NCBI GenBank assembly: GCA_021613535.1
Contig: CP075492.1
Coordinates: forward strand, 186,001-250,000
DNA length: 64,000 bases
Source of the DNA: Adineta vaga
Taxonomy: Eukaryota > Animalia > Rotifera
Reading direction: 5' to 3'
The notes under the pieces were generated by a model. The model searched no databases. It saw nothing but the letters and a program-made list of their open reading frames with translations, and had not been told where the DNA came from. The translations under genes and the position numbers were made by a program. Shown here piece after piece: positions 1-13,525 of this stretch (position 1 is the first letter of the stretch; each line of letters begins with the position of its first letter).

Positions 1-99
1 GTCATTCTTACGCTGCGGATAAAAATAAAATAAAATTTGACACATTTTCATTTGTTTTATCTGTAAAACTGAGTTTATTTTCTTTAACATCATTTTCAA

Positions 100-3000
100 A
101 TGTATAGAAATAGAGCGTATATTGAGTATGACTTTGACAATAATAGATCACCCAAATGTTGGCATGATCGTCAATTTAAGATTATTTGCATCATTATTTT
201 AATACTAATAATAATTGCTATTACATTTGGTGTTTTGTTGAAGTTTGTTATTCTTTCCCCAAATAAATCAGACAGTACCACTATTACTACTATAATATCA
301 TCAACATTAACATCTACATTGATAACTACATCTAAATCCACGACAACATCGACAACTACTACTACTGCTACTACTCAAAAATCGGGTAAGTGATTAAGCT
401 ATTTCCCAGGTCGAGCATTACGACGATCGTAAACGGCCGTATACGACCGTTTTCGATGACGTTTACGACCGTAAACGGCTAAAATACGACCGTATACGTG
501 CCGTAAATTACCGGTTTGGTATGGGCCGTATTCTTGCGGCGACGGCAGTATTCACCGCCGTTTACGATCGTATTTCTACGTAACCGACCGTTATGATTAG
601 CAGACTGTCATAAAAATTCTGATTTCTCACGAATTTCATCAGAATTACATCAGGATTACACTAGGATTACATCAGGATTACACTAGGACTACATCAGGAT
701 TACATCAGGATTACACTAGGATTACACTAGGATTACATCAGGATTACACTGAGCAATCCTAGTTGAAAGCCTAGGAGCAATCCTAGTTGAAAGCCTAGGA
801 ACAATCCTAGTTGAAAGCCTAGGAACAATCCTAGTAGAAAGCCAAAATCGCACCTATATATATAGAGTGTATTTCTGCAAAACAAATCGGTGAATGAATA
901 CCCGACCAAGATTACGAATTGCGAATTTGTAATCTTTGACTAAAAAAGCAGATGAAAGTAACTATTTTCTCGATTTATGATGATTACGAGTGATTCCCAG
1001 GATAGAAATCGGTTTACTTGTCAGTGCTGAAACCATAAGTTCTACCGAAATACGTTTATGAGAAAGAGTTTACCTTATTAAATGTTTATTATATATGTAT
1101 GCTAGAAACATATAACTTGTAATGTAAACAAAGAAACGGAGCTTTCAATAATAATCTTCAATAATTATACAATAAATTAACAATATTTGCGAACAAAATA
1201 CTTGCAACATATACTTCTTTCACAGAATTATATATCAGTTGTTTTCCGACAATACTTAGAGTTATGAAACTTCGAAAATTTAGCGTCAATTACAATTTGC
1301 AATAGGTATCCAAAAAGGAATGTCGTAATATAAAGATATCTATCGATTGCTTATGGTATATCTCATTTTTTTGGTCGAACTTTTTAATGGCTGTCGTACG
1401 GAACGACTTGAACTTCTTGTTCCTGTCCGATTATAGCTTAGTTCACGTATGTGCAGTTCATCCTATAACATCATCTTCGAATAATAAGCTTTCTTCAATA
1501 AGATCTTCAGCAAAATCATGTCGAGTTGATGTACATTGAACTAGCTGAGATCCGCTTTCACACCCTGTTTTACCAGTTTATTCAAGAGGTGATGCCAATA
1601 TAATGTTTCAGGTCTAATCTTATACAAACTTGCCCCAAGTGGAAGACTCAGCGGAATAAGTTTCAGTATTTTATTACTACATTCGTCATTTTCCATGCTT
1701 ATTACAAAATCATAGAATAATCTTCATTTGGACAAACATATTTTTAAACTGAATTTTAAATTATTGGCTTTTAGTTTCTTTTATTTGTCGATAAAAGCTT
1801 CAAAAAATGTGTATGCGAAAAGAATTTTATAAAGCAAAGGATGGTGTCGATCTCAATAGCTTTTTCGAAAATTTGTACTCTTTTTCGCAAATTTGAAAAA
1901 ATGTTCAGAAACTCAACTCTCTGCCAACGAAGTTCTGATTACACCACTAAACTTAATAAAAGTAGTCTTCATCCTGAATGACAGTTTACAGCAATCGTAT
2001 ACGACATTTTACGCTTACCGTAAATAATGATCATACACGTTCGTCGTCTACAGCTACTGTAATAATACGGTGACTGTGAACGATACTCGGATAGTACCGT
2101 AACATATCGTAAACGCCAGCTGTAAATGGTGGTCGGTTTCGGCAGCCATATACGATGTTTTACGATATGTTACGGTATTATCCGACTATCGTTCACAATC
2201 ACCGTATTATTACGGTAGCTGTAAATGGCGAACGTGTATGATCATTGTTTACGGTAAGCGTAAAATACCGTAAAACGTCGTATACGACTGTCGTAAACAC
2301 TCACTGTAAACAGCTGTCGTTTTGCGTCGTAAACTATTGGTATACGGTCGTTTACGGCCGTACGTCATCGACCTGGGTTGTCTTTACTCATTCGATTGAT
2401 ATTAAAAACTATCTTAGGATGGTCGAATACTGGTGATATGCATAGTGGACGAATCGGACACACATCATCGTTATTATTGAATGGAAAAATTCTAGTTACT
2501 GGTGGAATTTACAATAATTCGATTCTGAATGTTACTAAATTGTATGATCCATCAACAGGCTTTTGGACTCTCACTAGTTCATTGAACAACAGTCGTCATG
2601 CACATGTAGCAATTGTATTACAAAATGGAAAAGTATTAGTAGCCGGTGGATATACAGACAGGAAATTTTTAAATACTGCTGAATTATATGATCCATTCAC
2701 AGGAATGTGGACAATGACTGGTAACATGAATAATGCACGAAATTATGCTGCAGCATCTATTCTACCAAATGGAAAAGTTTTAATAAATGGAGGATATGAT
2801 GGTAATATATTTTTGAATAGTGCAGAATTGTATGATCCATCAACAGAAATTTGGACAATTACTGGTAATATGAGTCATCCACGAGATGTACATACATCAT
2901 CTTTATTACCAAATGGAAAAATATTAGTCACTGGTGGATTTATGAATCCGGCATATTTAGATACTGTTGAATTATATGATTTATCAACAGAAACTTGGAT

Positions 3001-3418
3001 AATGATTGATAGTATGCATGAAGTACGAAATAGACATACAGCAACCGTTTTATTGGACGGGAAAGTTTTAATTATTGGTGGATCTAATGGTAGTTTAATA
3101 CGAAACAGTGCTGAATTATATGATCCAACAACTGGTCATTGGAAATCTGCTGGTAATATGCATCATTCAAGATTTAACCATCAAGCAGTATTATTAAAAA
3201 ATGGCAAAGTTTTAGTTACAGGTGGATCGAATGGTTCCACAGCTTTAAATACTGTTGAATTTTATGATCCTTCAACAAAAATGTGGATATTAGGTGTTGA
3301 TATGAGTTTTAAACGAGAGTTTCATTCTGCATGTGTATTGACCGTTGGAAAAGTATTAGTTACCGGTGGATCTGACGATCATGCTCATCTACATACTTGT
3401 GAATTATATCAGCCATGA
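100..3418 (+). CDS. Type II membrane protein: TM helix, Thr/Ser-rich stalk, 7 Kelch repeats; exons 100..385 and 2418..3418
   Basis: Exon 1 encodes IICIIILILIIIAITFGVLL plus a poly-Thr stalk, with donor G|GTAAGT at 386. Acceptor CTTAG|GA at 2417 keeps phase (G+GA=Gly, WSNTGDM). Seven RxxHxxxxLxNGKVLVxGG...ELYDP repeats follow. Confidence 0.88.
637..843. repeat. 11-bp tandem array (AGGATTACACT/AGGATTACATC, ~10 copies) followed by a 24-bp array (GAGCAATCCTAGTTGAAAGCCTAG, ~4 copies)
   Basis: Tandem units directly visible at 637..750 and 751..843. Confidence 0.9.
1978..2318. repeat. Long imperfect palindrome (~150-bp arms) in the right subterminal region of the element
   Basis: atcatacacgttcg...accgtaacatatcgtaaac (~2030-2114) is the reverse complement of ttacgatatgttacggt...cgaacgtgtatgat (~2160-2242). 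Confidence 0.85.
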
Positions 3419-4079
3419 TTATAAAACAAAAATATCGGGGTATTAAGGCAAATATTCAAAATAATTTATAAAGACTAAAGATTGTATCTGATTGCACTTT
3501 TCATGACTTCTTTATATCAATCTGGAGGGTGTGGGTGTGGATGAAGATTACGAATATATTTACACTTGCACCCTCAAGATACGATATAACTCTCTAGTGA
3601 GATTTTCTATTAGAATAAATAATCATATCTCAAGATTTATGTGGATTCTGAAGAATACATTCAATTGATTGTCATTTAGTTTTATTTAGACTGAACCTTA
3701 TCATGACAATAGACCTGTGAAAGATTCTTGTCCATGATGGCGGATTGAACAAGATTCGGATAGATTTGAAGAATGTGAAATAATTGATTTTTATTGAAAA
3801 ATAATATTAAGTAATAGTAAAATCTACGCGTAATTTTTATCTTTTAGCTTCATTATCGATAATACAACAGCCGCACCTTTAGATTAGAAACTATGTGTCT
3901 AAAAAAGAATCATTGGATTAACTGGAGAATATTTATATAATAATCTTGTTCTTGTAAAATCTTTTTATCAAGTTAATAAAAATTTGACTTAAATTAATCG
4001 GGAAAGTAACTTAGATAAGATTATTTTATTGAAATAATATGACAACGAAAGCAAAAGATATTTCTTAAATATGAACATT

Positions 4080-4525
4080 TTATTCACTGTTATGGACTGG
4101 TATAACTTTATTTTGATGATTATTGAACCATTGACGAATTTTCCAAAAAAGATATAAACTATACGAAATAACAAATTGTAATCCTTCTGTTAATCCACCA
4201 TATAAACCAAGAAAAGTAGTTAATATATATAAAACACTATTTCTTTCAATATATGTATATCGACATGTTGATGGTGCACATATTGAATAATAACTTGAAT
4301 AATTACTTGTATTCTGCCATGATTCAATAAATAATTCATCAATTAATCTACCAATTGTTGTATTTGATACTGGTATAAAACGACTTTTAATCCATTGTTT
4401 CAAACGAGATGGAATATATGAACTATTAACAAACACTGCCAATTTTTTCAAGCATTTTAAATCGTAAAAACATTCTAGTTTTGATAGTTGAAGACTATAA
4501 GAACGTAAACAACCAACAACAAGAC
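4080..4525 (-). pseudogene. Orphan last exon of the Cys-rich 2-TM repeat family (same family as 36512..40514)
   Basis: After acceptor TTTCAG: GLVVGC...LECFY...YYSICAPSTCRYTY...LTTFLGLYGGLT. No upstream exons recognisable. Confidence 0.65.
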
Positions 4526-4849
4526 CTGAAAAATAAAATATTTATAAAAATGAGTTCAATTTTTTATATCAGACATTCCAATCACTTTTTAAAATAAATA
4601 TCTTACCCACACATTACAAAATACTCATATTATCATCCTTCAATTGTTTCAATCAAATATTTATAGAAAAATGAGAGAGAGAGATCATCTACTTTATATA
4701 TAAATTTGTTGATCATAAAAGATTTTTTTCATTCAATTGTCTTACGCACATATGTGGAAGAGTGTCATTTAGTACAAAAAAACAGATATATATATATATC
4801 AAAATGGGTTAAAATAAATGAATTCTAGCGATTACAGGTTGAGGTCAGA

Positions 4850-5388
4850 TGGTTTTATATTCTTAGTAATGCATTACCTTCATGGTAAGTAAAAAAAAGA
4901 AAAAGATAAATAACTCTGATCAGTGTATTTTTTTAAATTGGGTCTCTGGGAAAGATAAACTTGGAAGAAACTGGATTAGTAGAAATAAATGGTGATTTAT
5001 GGCAATCATGTCCAAAAACTAATGAAATTTGAATATGTGTCGATCCATATAAATTATGTCCATTAGCAAAAGATGAAGCAACTAGTTCATGTCATAAGAT
5101 GATAGCAGTTCGAACATTTACTACACTAGCTTGTATATTTTCAGCTATTTCTGCTTTATGTCTTATTGTATGTGCATTAGAATCGAGTAATAAAAATACA
5201 AATATATCGTTATGCTAATTAAATTTCTTATTCCAGTTATTTCCATTGTGAGGTACTATTGATATTTCTTATACTACATATACTGGTTCACTTTCTATTC
5301 AAGTATCGCTTGGTGCTGTATCAATATTAACAATTATAGCTGTTGTTATTAATTTAATTGCCACTATTTTAGCAATATTCATCCATTA
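4850..5388 (+). pseudogene. Decayed claudin/PMP22-like tetraspan gene
   Basis: Manual translation: GDLWQSC (GLW-C-like motif)...SCHKMIAVRTFTTLACIFSAISALCLIVC and terminal SLGAVSILTIIAVVINLIATILAIFIH*. Contains internal stops. Missed by the ORF track. Confidence 0.55.
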
Positions 5389-6129
5389 AAACAATATTCT
5401 GATATCATCATCATATGTTTGAAATTTTTTGTACAAATAAAATAAATTCACAAATTATGAGTCGTGTCACATATCCCGTCCAAGACTGATTATAGTTTGA
5501 ATATAATCACATCAAATTTTTATTTATACTTATTCTTATAATGTTGAACATATTTCTTCACGAAGTATCGTAATAAATAATAAACTATAATCTATATCTC
5601 AATCATTATCTTTGTTTATATTAAGTGGGAAAAAACTAATCTTATTCGTACATATTCATTTGAGGTTTCATTCTCATTTTAACGCTGATATTATTTGACT
5701 ATTGTAAGAATCTGCCACATAAATTGATGAAATGAAATATTAAAATCCTTAATCAATACATAAATAAATAAAAAAACAATTAATTAAAGTAAATTATCTT
5801 ATTAGAATTGAAATAATGTGAAAGATTTTAAACAGTATCTATATAATATTTCAATATCTTAATGAAGTTTTGCTAATTCAGGAGAGTCGATAGGAGTGTA
5901 TACAATGGTGATTGAACTTGATTTTGTTCGACATAGGTCAATGCTATCTGTGTGTAGAATTTTGTTAGGAATGAATGTTGCTGAGATAATAATAATGAAC
6001 AATGATGAAAAGTCCCATTTGATAAATTAAAATTTTTATGAACGTGTTCAAAATGATCTCGTTTACTTTCCATTATACTCATTACATAGTCAAATCATAT
6101 TGATCAATATTTAATCTTTAAACAAGAAT

Positions 6130-7780
6130 AAGATAACTAATGACTGTACTTTCATGGTATTCACTGATAATTTCGCGACACATACGAAGAGCTTCTTGAG
6201 ACTAGTTTATAAAAGTATTCATATCTCCCATATTATTACACATCATTTCCATATTATTCAATATAAAGATTATATTTGAATGTCTGGGAGCAAAGCGTTG
6301 TTGAGTATTGAGTGCTTCATCAAACTTATAATATGCTGCTGAATAATTACCCATAATATTAAATGTTGAACCTATATTAGAAACTACAGCAACTACCATC
6401 AGTGGATCACAGTAGAGCATTGATATATATATATATATATCATAGGCTTGTTGAAAATTGATCAATGTTTCATTACATTCATCTTGTCGATAATGTACAT
6501 TTCCTTGTGTTTGATTCATTGTACCCATTTCTTTACTGTCATTTTATGATTACTAATAATTTGTATATATACAAGAGATAAGTTGTTATATGTTTGTGCA
6601 ATTCAGTAATGATTCTTAGACAAATATTTTTGTCGTAGATCAAGTGCTTCTTGTAAATAATGTAGAGCAACATCATACTTACTGTTATCTTTGTACAATA
6701 TTCTTAGATTTTCATATGTATGTTAACGAAATAGATATATCAATGCTCGATCATTATATGCACATGAAAGATTCATAATTTTCAACTGATTGATTTAAAT
6801 ATTCAAGAACTTCATCAAATTTTCCCATTGTCTGACAGACATAACTAATTTGATTATAAATTACTGGACGATCAGAATCATTTTCAGATAATTCAGTCAA
6901 TAAATTGTCATTAAAAATTCGTTGAAATAAAATTGAAAATAAAGTCAATATTCAATTCTAAATATTGATAAAGTTCTTCAATCATTTTTTCATTATTATC
7001 AATTAATTTCAATTGAACTTTATATAAAAACTTCATTCTATAGAAATAAATAATTACATTGTATTTCAATTAGTGATTTCACACAAAATATGAAATTCAC
7101 TTTCATCTCTAAAATAACTGTAATTAGATAAATCTTGTCTTACAATTTATTGAATTTATAAAAGTTTCTTCAAGAATATATAATTCTTCATTTGTTTCTG
7201 TTTTCCAATTTTTTTTTGTAACAATTCTAATTCTTCTCTTGAAAATTGTTGTTCCTCGATAAATTATAAATGATTTTTGATAATTTTGTTTTTATATAAC
7301 AAAAAGTTTATCAAATCATATAAATATATCACGAATATAATTTCATTTAAATCTATGCATATGATTTTTCTAAGTCTTAGAATTTTCTTTATATAATTAA
7401 GAAAACTTTGTTGTAATAAATCATCTTTATTCATTGTATTTTAATGACATTTGTGTAAGAATTTTCATATGACATAAATTGAACATTTTATTGAATTAAT
7501 TCATCAAAATTTCTTTGAAAAAAACTTCTATCTATTGATCATTGTTGATTAAAATAAATTTCGAACTTTCGTATTTTTCCATTGATAGAAATATTTCTTA
7601 TCTAATTCATAAATATTAATAAGATAAAATAATGAAATTATTCGAATGAATTGTATAGAACAAACGAGAAACTTATTTTCGTAATTCTTGATATAGATCA
7701 GTAGAAATTATATGATCATCATTAATACCTTTGAAATTGACTGACTTCTGTTCGATTGTGAAAGACATTTGTTTTCATCC
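6130..7780 (-). pseudogene. Decayed ADP-ribosyltransferase-TPR gene
   Basis: TPR fragments (YNQISYVCQTMGKFDEVLEY; SNIGSTFNIMGNYSAAYYKFDEAL). Remnant YRG(QQ) near 7250 and YFRDESEF near 7100 resemble ART R and ExE motifs. Many frameshifts and stops. Confidence 0.6.
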
Positions 7781-8088
7781 AACACGCATTGAATGAAAAA
7801 TGAATGTTTAGAACTTTTCACGAGAAGTTTTTGTTTTCTGTCTTTCATTCAACCTGTTGATTGATGCTTATATTATAATTAAATCAATAAATTCACAATA
7901 AAATCAGAGGAAAAAAATTATTTTAAATTTTTATTCTTTTAAAACAAATCTTGTTTTTTTTCGTTATTTTTTCGCACACAAAACTTTTTTATATATGCCA
8001 TAATATTATCTATAATTGAAAAGAGACAAAAGAAAATAATAATATGTCTTTATGAATATCGTTACAGAATACTCTCTAACGAAAAAAA

Positions 8089-8330
8089 AGCGGAAACTTC
8101 GGATTTTATCCGAAAGTTATGTATACTGCAAAAAGTATATGAGATTGAAGACACAGGAAAGTCATGGAGAGATATCAGTATTTTTTCAGTACCTCAGGAA
8201 TGGTTCGTTCAGTCAAACTCACCTGAATGCGAGTGAGATATTGATGTGACAACACTCTAGAAAATTTCATAACTAGCTTAGCCTTTCCAGAGTTATCATG
8301 GAAACAGACGGATAGACGGACACATATCGA
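8089..8330 (-). mobile_element. HINE/DINE-1-like non-autonomous Helentron copy (3' part)
   Basis: gcggaaacttcggattttatccgaaagttatgtatactgcaaaaagt closely matches 17180ff. Terminal stem-loop and a (GGAC/AGAC)n tract near 8305. Confidence 0.65.
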
Positions 8331-8334
8331 TTGG

Positions 8335-8685
8335 AAGCTAGCACGACGGAGCTAGCACGACGAAATAAAGATTTAGCAAAAACTTTTGTTAGAAATAAGT
8401 CCCGTCCATAAAAACTAGTCCAACTGACTCAGAATTTAATTCTACATCGAATGGTGATACTTTTATTTACGGGACAAGCTTTGGAAAAAAATTTCCTATA
8501 ACTTTATTTTTCGTCTATGTACGAGACAAAAACCTAGATAAAAATTTTCCAAAGCTTGTCCCATAAATAAAAGTAGCACCATTCGATGCAGAATTATTTT
8601 CTGAGTCGAATGAACTAGTTTTTATAGACCGGATATATTTCTAAGAAAATGTTTTAGCTAAATCTCTGTTTTTCATGCTAGCTTC
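8335..8685. mobile_element. Fold-back MITE with ~150-bp inverted arms
   Basis: gaagctagcacg...gggacaagctttggaaaa versus ttttccaaagcttgtccc...catgctagcttc. Confidence 0.75.
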
Positions 8686-9379
8686 ACAAACATATCGGAT
8701 GGTGATACTTTTATTGATGAGAACTCATTTTTATATAAAGTTTTATATAATTTTTTGCTTCGAGATGCTAGCTCCATGGTGGTAGCATCGCATCGATTTC
8801 TAAGTAGTGCGCTCACTTTTTGCATATACTCGCATACTACAAAAAAGTTAGACGTTTTATATCTCTTGTTATTAACAAGTTGTTAAAATAACATGCTGTT
8901 GATACTTTGACTATGTTCAATGAAACCTACCATCTAAAAAAATTGTGCTTTTGAATAGATTTCTACACTTTGTACCATCTGGGGTATCGGTAATGACTTT
9001 GGTAACGTTAATCAATATAAAGATGCCTTGAGTGAAATTTACTCAGATATCTCTCTCTCTGGTCCTTGTTGGTAATAATAACATTTTGCTACGCTTTCTT
9101 TGATTCTAAACAATTACTAGGAAAACTTTGGTGATAGTATCTATTGGACGAAGCGATAACTAAGAAAAAACGTCTTGTGGGTGGGATCCACCCAGAGACC
9201 CCTAGTGACCATCTTGAGGGTGATTCTAACGTCTTATCGATATTTCTTCAGACCCAACCAACTACTATGAAAAGTTTGGTGACTGTGTTTGTTACAGAAA
9301 TTAAGTGCATAGCGAACTGATAGACAGCCCAGTAAACCTTTCTTCATTATAGACGTATAGAAAATATGGATATTTTTAC

Positions 9380-9561
9380 TAGAACTCAAGTACGGTACAA
9401 GCGATTGGGGTCATCTTCGAACTTGACCGAGATATTGATGAGACAATTGTGTGTACAAAATTTCAGCTCAATCGGATGTAATGGTGAAGAGTTATCGTGT
9501 AAACGGACGGCCTGGCGGACACACTAGCCGATTCTATAGTTTCCTCACTTTTTGAGTACAC
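9380..9561 (-). mobile_element. HINE/DINE-1-like copy (5' part)
   Basis: cttcgaact...aaatttcagctcaatcgg...gttatcgtgtaaacggacgg...ctcactttttgagtacaca matches 17298..17442. Confidence 0.65.
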
Positions 9562-9826
9562 AATTATCAATCAGAAATAAATGAAAATATATTTAGATTT
9601 GATCATTTTCAAAATTAGAAATATATAAGATTTTCTTCCAAATCAAATAATAAATCAGGAGAAGAAGACAATTGACCTTATCTTTGTCTCGTTTCATTGT
9701 CATCAACAATCATTTCACATTATGTCTATTTTCTACACTTTATTACACAATGATTATCATCATCTAATACATATCGATTCTTCATCGTTAACAAAAATTT
9801 TCATTCTTTACAAAATTGGATGAATA

Positions 9827-12800
9827 CATTGGCGGGCCGCCATTGGGCAATTGGTGGCAATTGCCACACCCAGAAAAACTTTTGATAAATTTTTTATTCA
9901 TTTATTTATTTGTTGATATAGTCAAAACAAAGTCCCAAAAAGTAGTAAAAACATCTCAGTTTAACTTGATGAAACCAGTATATTCCTACGACATCTAGTA
10001 GCGAATAATCGTTATTAGTTTAGATATAACTCTGCCAATGACTACTAAAAACTAATAAATTTTCTTTGCCGAAAAGATGAATTAGTTGATTTTCTTTATG
10101 CACATGATATGAATTAATTAGTTCTCAATATTTTCATGTTGAATATCATATTAGACTTATAAACTAATGTATTTCATTAATTTTACAACATAATAATTAT
10201 TCCTATAACTGTTGAATGATACTAATAAGGAAAGTCAGATTGAACTACATAATCTTTAACTTTCAATATGTGTTTTTGTAACATTTCAGATCTACATTTT
10301 CATACGAAAAATGTCTAAAACAAATAATCTTCTTACAAAATATTTCAGAAAAAGCAAGAAAAATATTAGTAATGAGCCGACAAGTGAACTTACAGTAACA
10401 GAAGACGAACAAGAAAATGAATCACCTTGTTCTAAACGATTGAAATTAAATGAAAGTAAAAGTTTACCAACATCTCCAATTTGTTCAAGAGTATCAGCAT
10501 CTTTAGCAATGTCAACATATTCATCAACAGCAACAACATGTTCATTACCATCATATTGTCCAGCACTGTCATCATCAATATATCCAACATCACCAACTTG
10601 TTCAAGAGCATTAGCATTGTTAACAATATCAACACCTTCACCGCCACCACCAACGCCTTCATCACCTGCAAGTTCAATATCACCAACATGTTTGACATCG
10701 TCTAATGAACGAGACCCTGCTGTGGTCCAGAAATGGCCAGAAAATTTATCTTTTTAGGACCATACCAACCTGATTCGAAATTTCCAACAGTTGATCATCG
10801 TCATTTTTGTCGACTATGGTATTCCATATATTCATGGCTAGAATATAGTACAACATGTGATCGTGCATTTTGTTTTGTTTGCCGTTTATCATATGGAACT
10901 GGAAAGAGTGATATTTCGTTTACTATGACTGGTTTTAATACATGGAAAAATGCCATAACCAGATTTGATCGTCATCAATCATCTGTTATACATAAAGAAG
11001 CTTTGCAAACATGGGAAGATATGAAAAAAAACTATAGCAACAATACCGATGTTTTAAAATTATTAGACAAACAACATATGAAACAAGCTACGGAAAATCG
11101 AGCATATCTTAGTGAAATAATAAGAACACTTGTGTTTTTAGGTAAACAAGGTATAGCATGTAAGTTGTTCCATATTATCTTCGATTTTCTTTTCATTATT
11201 TGGGTATGGTATAAAGTTTTGATCACATGCTTTTTCTTTATTATAGTTCGAGGACATCGAGAACATGAAGAATCCTCAAATAGAGGAAATTTTCTCGAGC
11301 TTCTTGAACTTAGAAGTTTAGACAATGAATTAATAAAAAATAATCTACACAAGTTGAAATTTACTGATCATAAAATCCAAAATGAAATTATTGAGTTACT
11401 TCAGCAGCAAATATTAACTGGTATTCTAAATGAATGTCGTCGAGTAAAATATTTCTCCGTGATGATTGATGAAACAAAAGATACTGCTTCTCACGAGCAA
11501 GTATCTTTAGTAATACGATATGTCGACGAAAAGTTCAATGTGTATGAAAAATTCATTGGTTTTGAACGTACAGCTAAAATGACTGGAGAAGCATTAGCTG
11601 AGCTGTTAATTCAATGGTTAAATAAGCTGGATTTGAAACTGAAATATTTGGTTGGTCAATGCTATGATGGTGCCAGCAATATGAGAGGAGAATATCAAGG
11701 TGTAGCAGCTCGTTTGAGAGAGCTAGCACCTTTAGGTAAAGCACACATATATAATGAACTTTTTTCTCCTTCAACTGAAACATATTCTTCATTTTCAATT
11801 ATCTAAGGTATTTATGTCCATTGTAATGGTCATATATTGAACTTATGTCTTATTGATGTATCAGCTCGTGTACCATCAGTTCGAAATACGTTCGGTGTTG
11901 TTTCATCTCTATACAATTTAATCGAAGGTTCAGCTAAACGTCATCAAATCTTCGAAGAGATTCAAAAAGAAGCTGGATTAAAACAACTAACAATCAAAAA
12001 GTTATCTGAAACACGTTGGACGTATCGTTTAGAATGTTTAAAAGTAATACTACTTCGTTATAATGAAATTATCATGACATTAGAGATTATGGAAGAACCT
12101 GATGCATTTCTTCTCTTAAATACAATTCGGACATTTGATCTTGTAATTCATTTATTACACATGACTGAGATTTACTTTTTGACAAACATACTTTCAAAGT
12201 TTCTACAGGGTTCAGATATTTCCTTAACAGATGCACTTGGTCAAGTAAATATAACAATTGATACTTTAAAAAGTTTACGAAATGAGACTGAATTTGAACG
12301 ATTGTATAATGAAGCATTGAAATTTTGTGATGAAAATGGCATTGAACCTTGTACAAAAGTTCGACAAAAGAAAATTCCGGCTCGTCTAGGTGGTGGAGTT
12401 GATATAAGAACTACCTTAAATGTTAAGGATTATTATCGAGTGAATAGTTACTATGTTATTTTGGATACCATCATTACTTCAATTAACAATAAATTCCATG
12501 AAAATAATATTCGAACTGTCGTTTTAATGGAAAAACTCTTTTTAAGCAAAGAATTGCTCAATGAGATTGAATTGCAAGAATTAGCACAAAATTATTCAAT
12601 TAGTTACGATGATTTAAAAGCTGAACAACGACTTTACAAGACGAAGATGATCGATCAGAACGTGAACTTATCAGAAGCAACTAAATTCATTCTGGAAAAC
12701 AATTTTCACGCAGCATTATCATCTATGAATGAACTGTTTAAAATTCTTTGGACTATACCAGTCAATTCGTGTGAATGCGAGCGAAGTTTTTCGTCATTAA

Positions 12801-13094
12801 GAAGATTAAAAACATATTTAAGAAATACGATGGGACAGGAAAGATTATCAGGTCTTGCTCTTTTGAATACTGAAAAAGATTTTGAGATTAATATGGATCA
12901 ACTAGTAACAGATTTTGTCTCAAAGAAAAAAACGAGAAAACTGGTTTTTTAAAATATGTCTTATTTTTTTTATTCACTTAATTACAATAAAGGAGAGAAA
13001 AGATTAAATTAAATAACCATCAGATAGATTTTCATGATAACTAGACACTAGAGTTTATTGCCATACCTGTATTTGAGGTGCTGGCCCGCCACTG
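9827..13094 (+). mobile_element. Full-length hAT DNA transposon
   Basis: TIR CATTGGCGGGCC / GGCCCGCCACTG with a perfect 8-bp TSD GATGAATA (9819-9826, 13095-13102). Encodes a transposase. Confidence 0.95.
10311..12952 (+). CDS. hAT transposase (TTF-type Zn finger, DUF4371, hAT dimerisation domain); introns 11160..11246 and 11736..11807; apparent frameshift near 10721
   Basis: WLEYS...AFCFVC, GFNTWK, spliced QGIAFRGH, FSVMIDETKD, QCYDGASNM, spliced YVHCNGHILNL, ETRW, CERSFSSLRRLKTYLRNTMGQERLSGLALL. Confidence 0.9.
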
Positions 13095-13525
13095 GATGAA
13101 TATTTTCATAATTCAATTCATACATTTGTTTGGTCAATATAATTGATTCTTTTACATTTAATAATAAGATTTGTTACAGAGATCGATCAATAATATAAAT
13201 ATTTTTCTTTCTATCATCAGAAAGATTCTTATAACATAATAAAGTAGATTAATTCAAACATTCTTTTCATTTTGTTTTTAAACAAAAATAAAAAATCTTT
13301 TTTTTCTCCTATAAATTTTGTCGCTTACTCATCGACAAATGAATATCTAATAAAAAAGAGAAAAGTAATATTCATCACTATATAATTACTTCAATTTAAA
13401 GCAGATAGAGTTTTAGTTTTTTCTCTTCTATAAAATAAATGACTGAAACAGTAAATATGATTAGGTGATATAATATAAGAAATTATTTTCTCTAAACTTT
13501 AGATTATTTAAAATGTAATATGAAG

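Larger units (their letters stand above)
405..2377. mobile_element. Non-autonomous DNA transposon (CCC...GGG ends, CMC/EnSpm-like) inside the Kelch-gene intron
   Basis: TIR CCCAGGTCGA (405) / TCGACCTGGG (2377), CG-rich subterminal repeats (cgtaaacggccgtatacgacc), probable 2-bp TT TSD. Removing it leaves a typical ~57-nt intron. Confidence 0.8.

Noticed and set aside
637-843. CRISPR-like array
   Set aside because: Head-to-tail repeats with no unique spacers, no cas genes, and a eukaryotic context.
10432-12356. Small antisense or alternate-frame ORFs over the hAT transposase (similar ones over piggyBac, RepHel, NRPS, ART and VWA)
   Set aside because: Shadow ORFs with no recognisable motifs.
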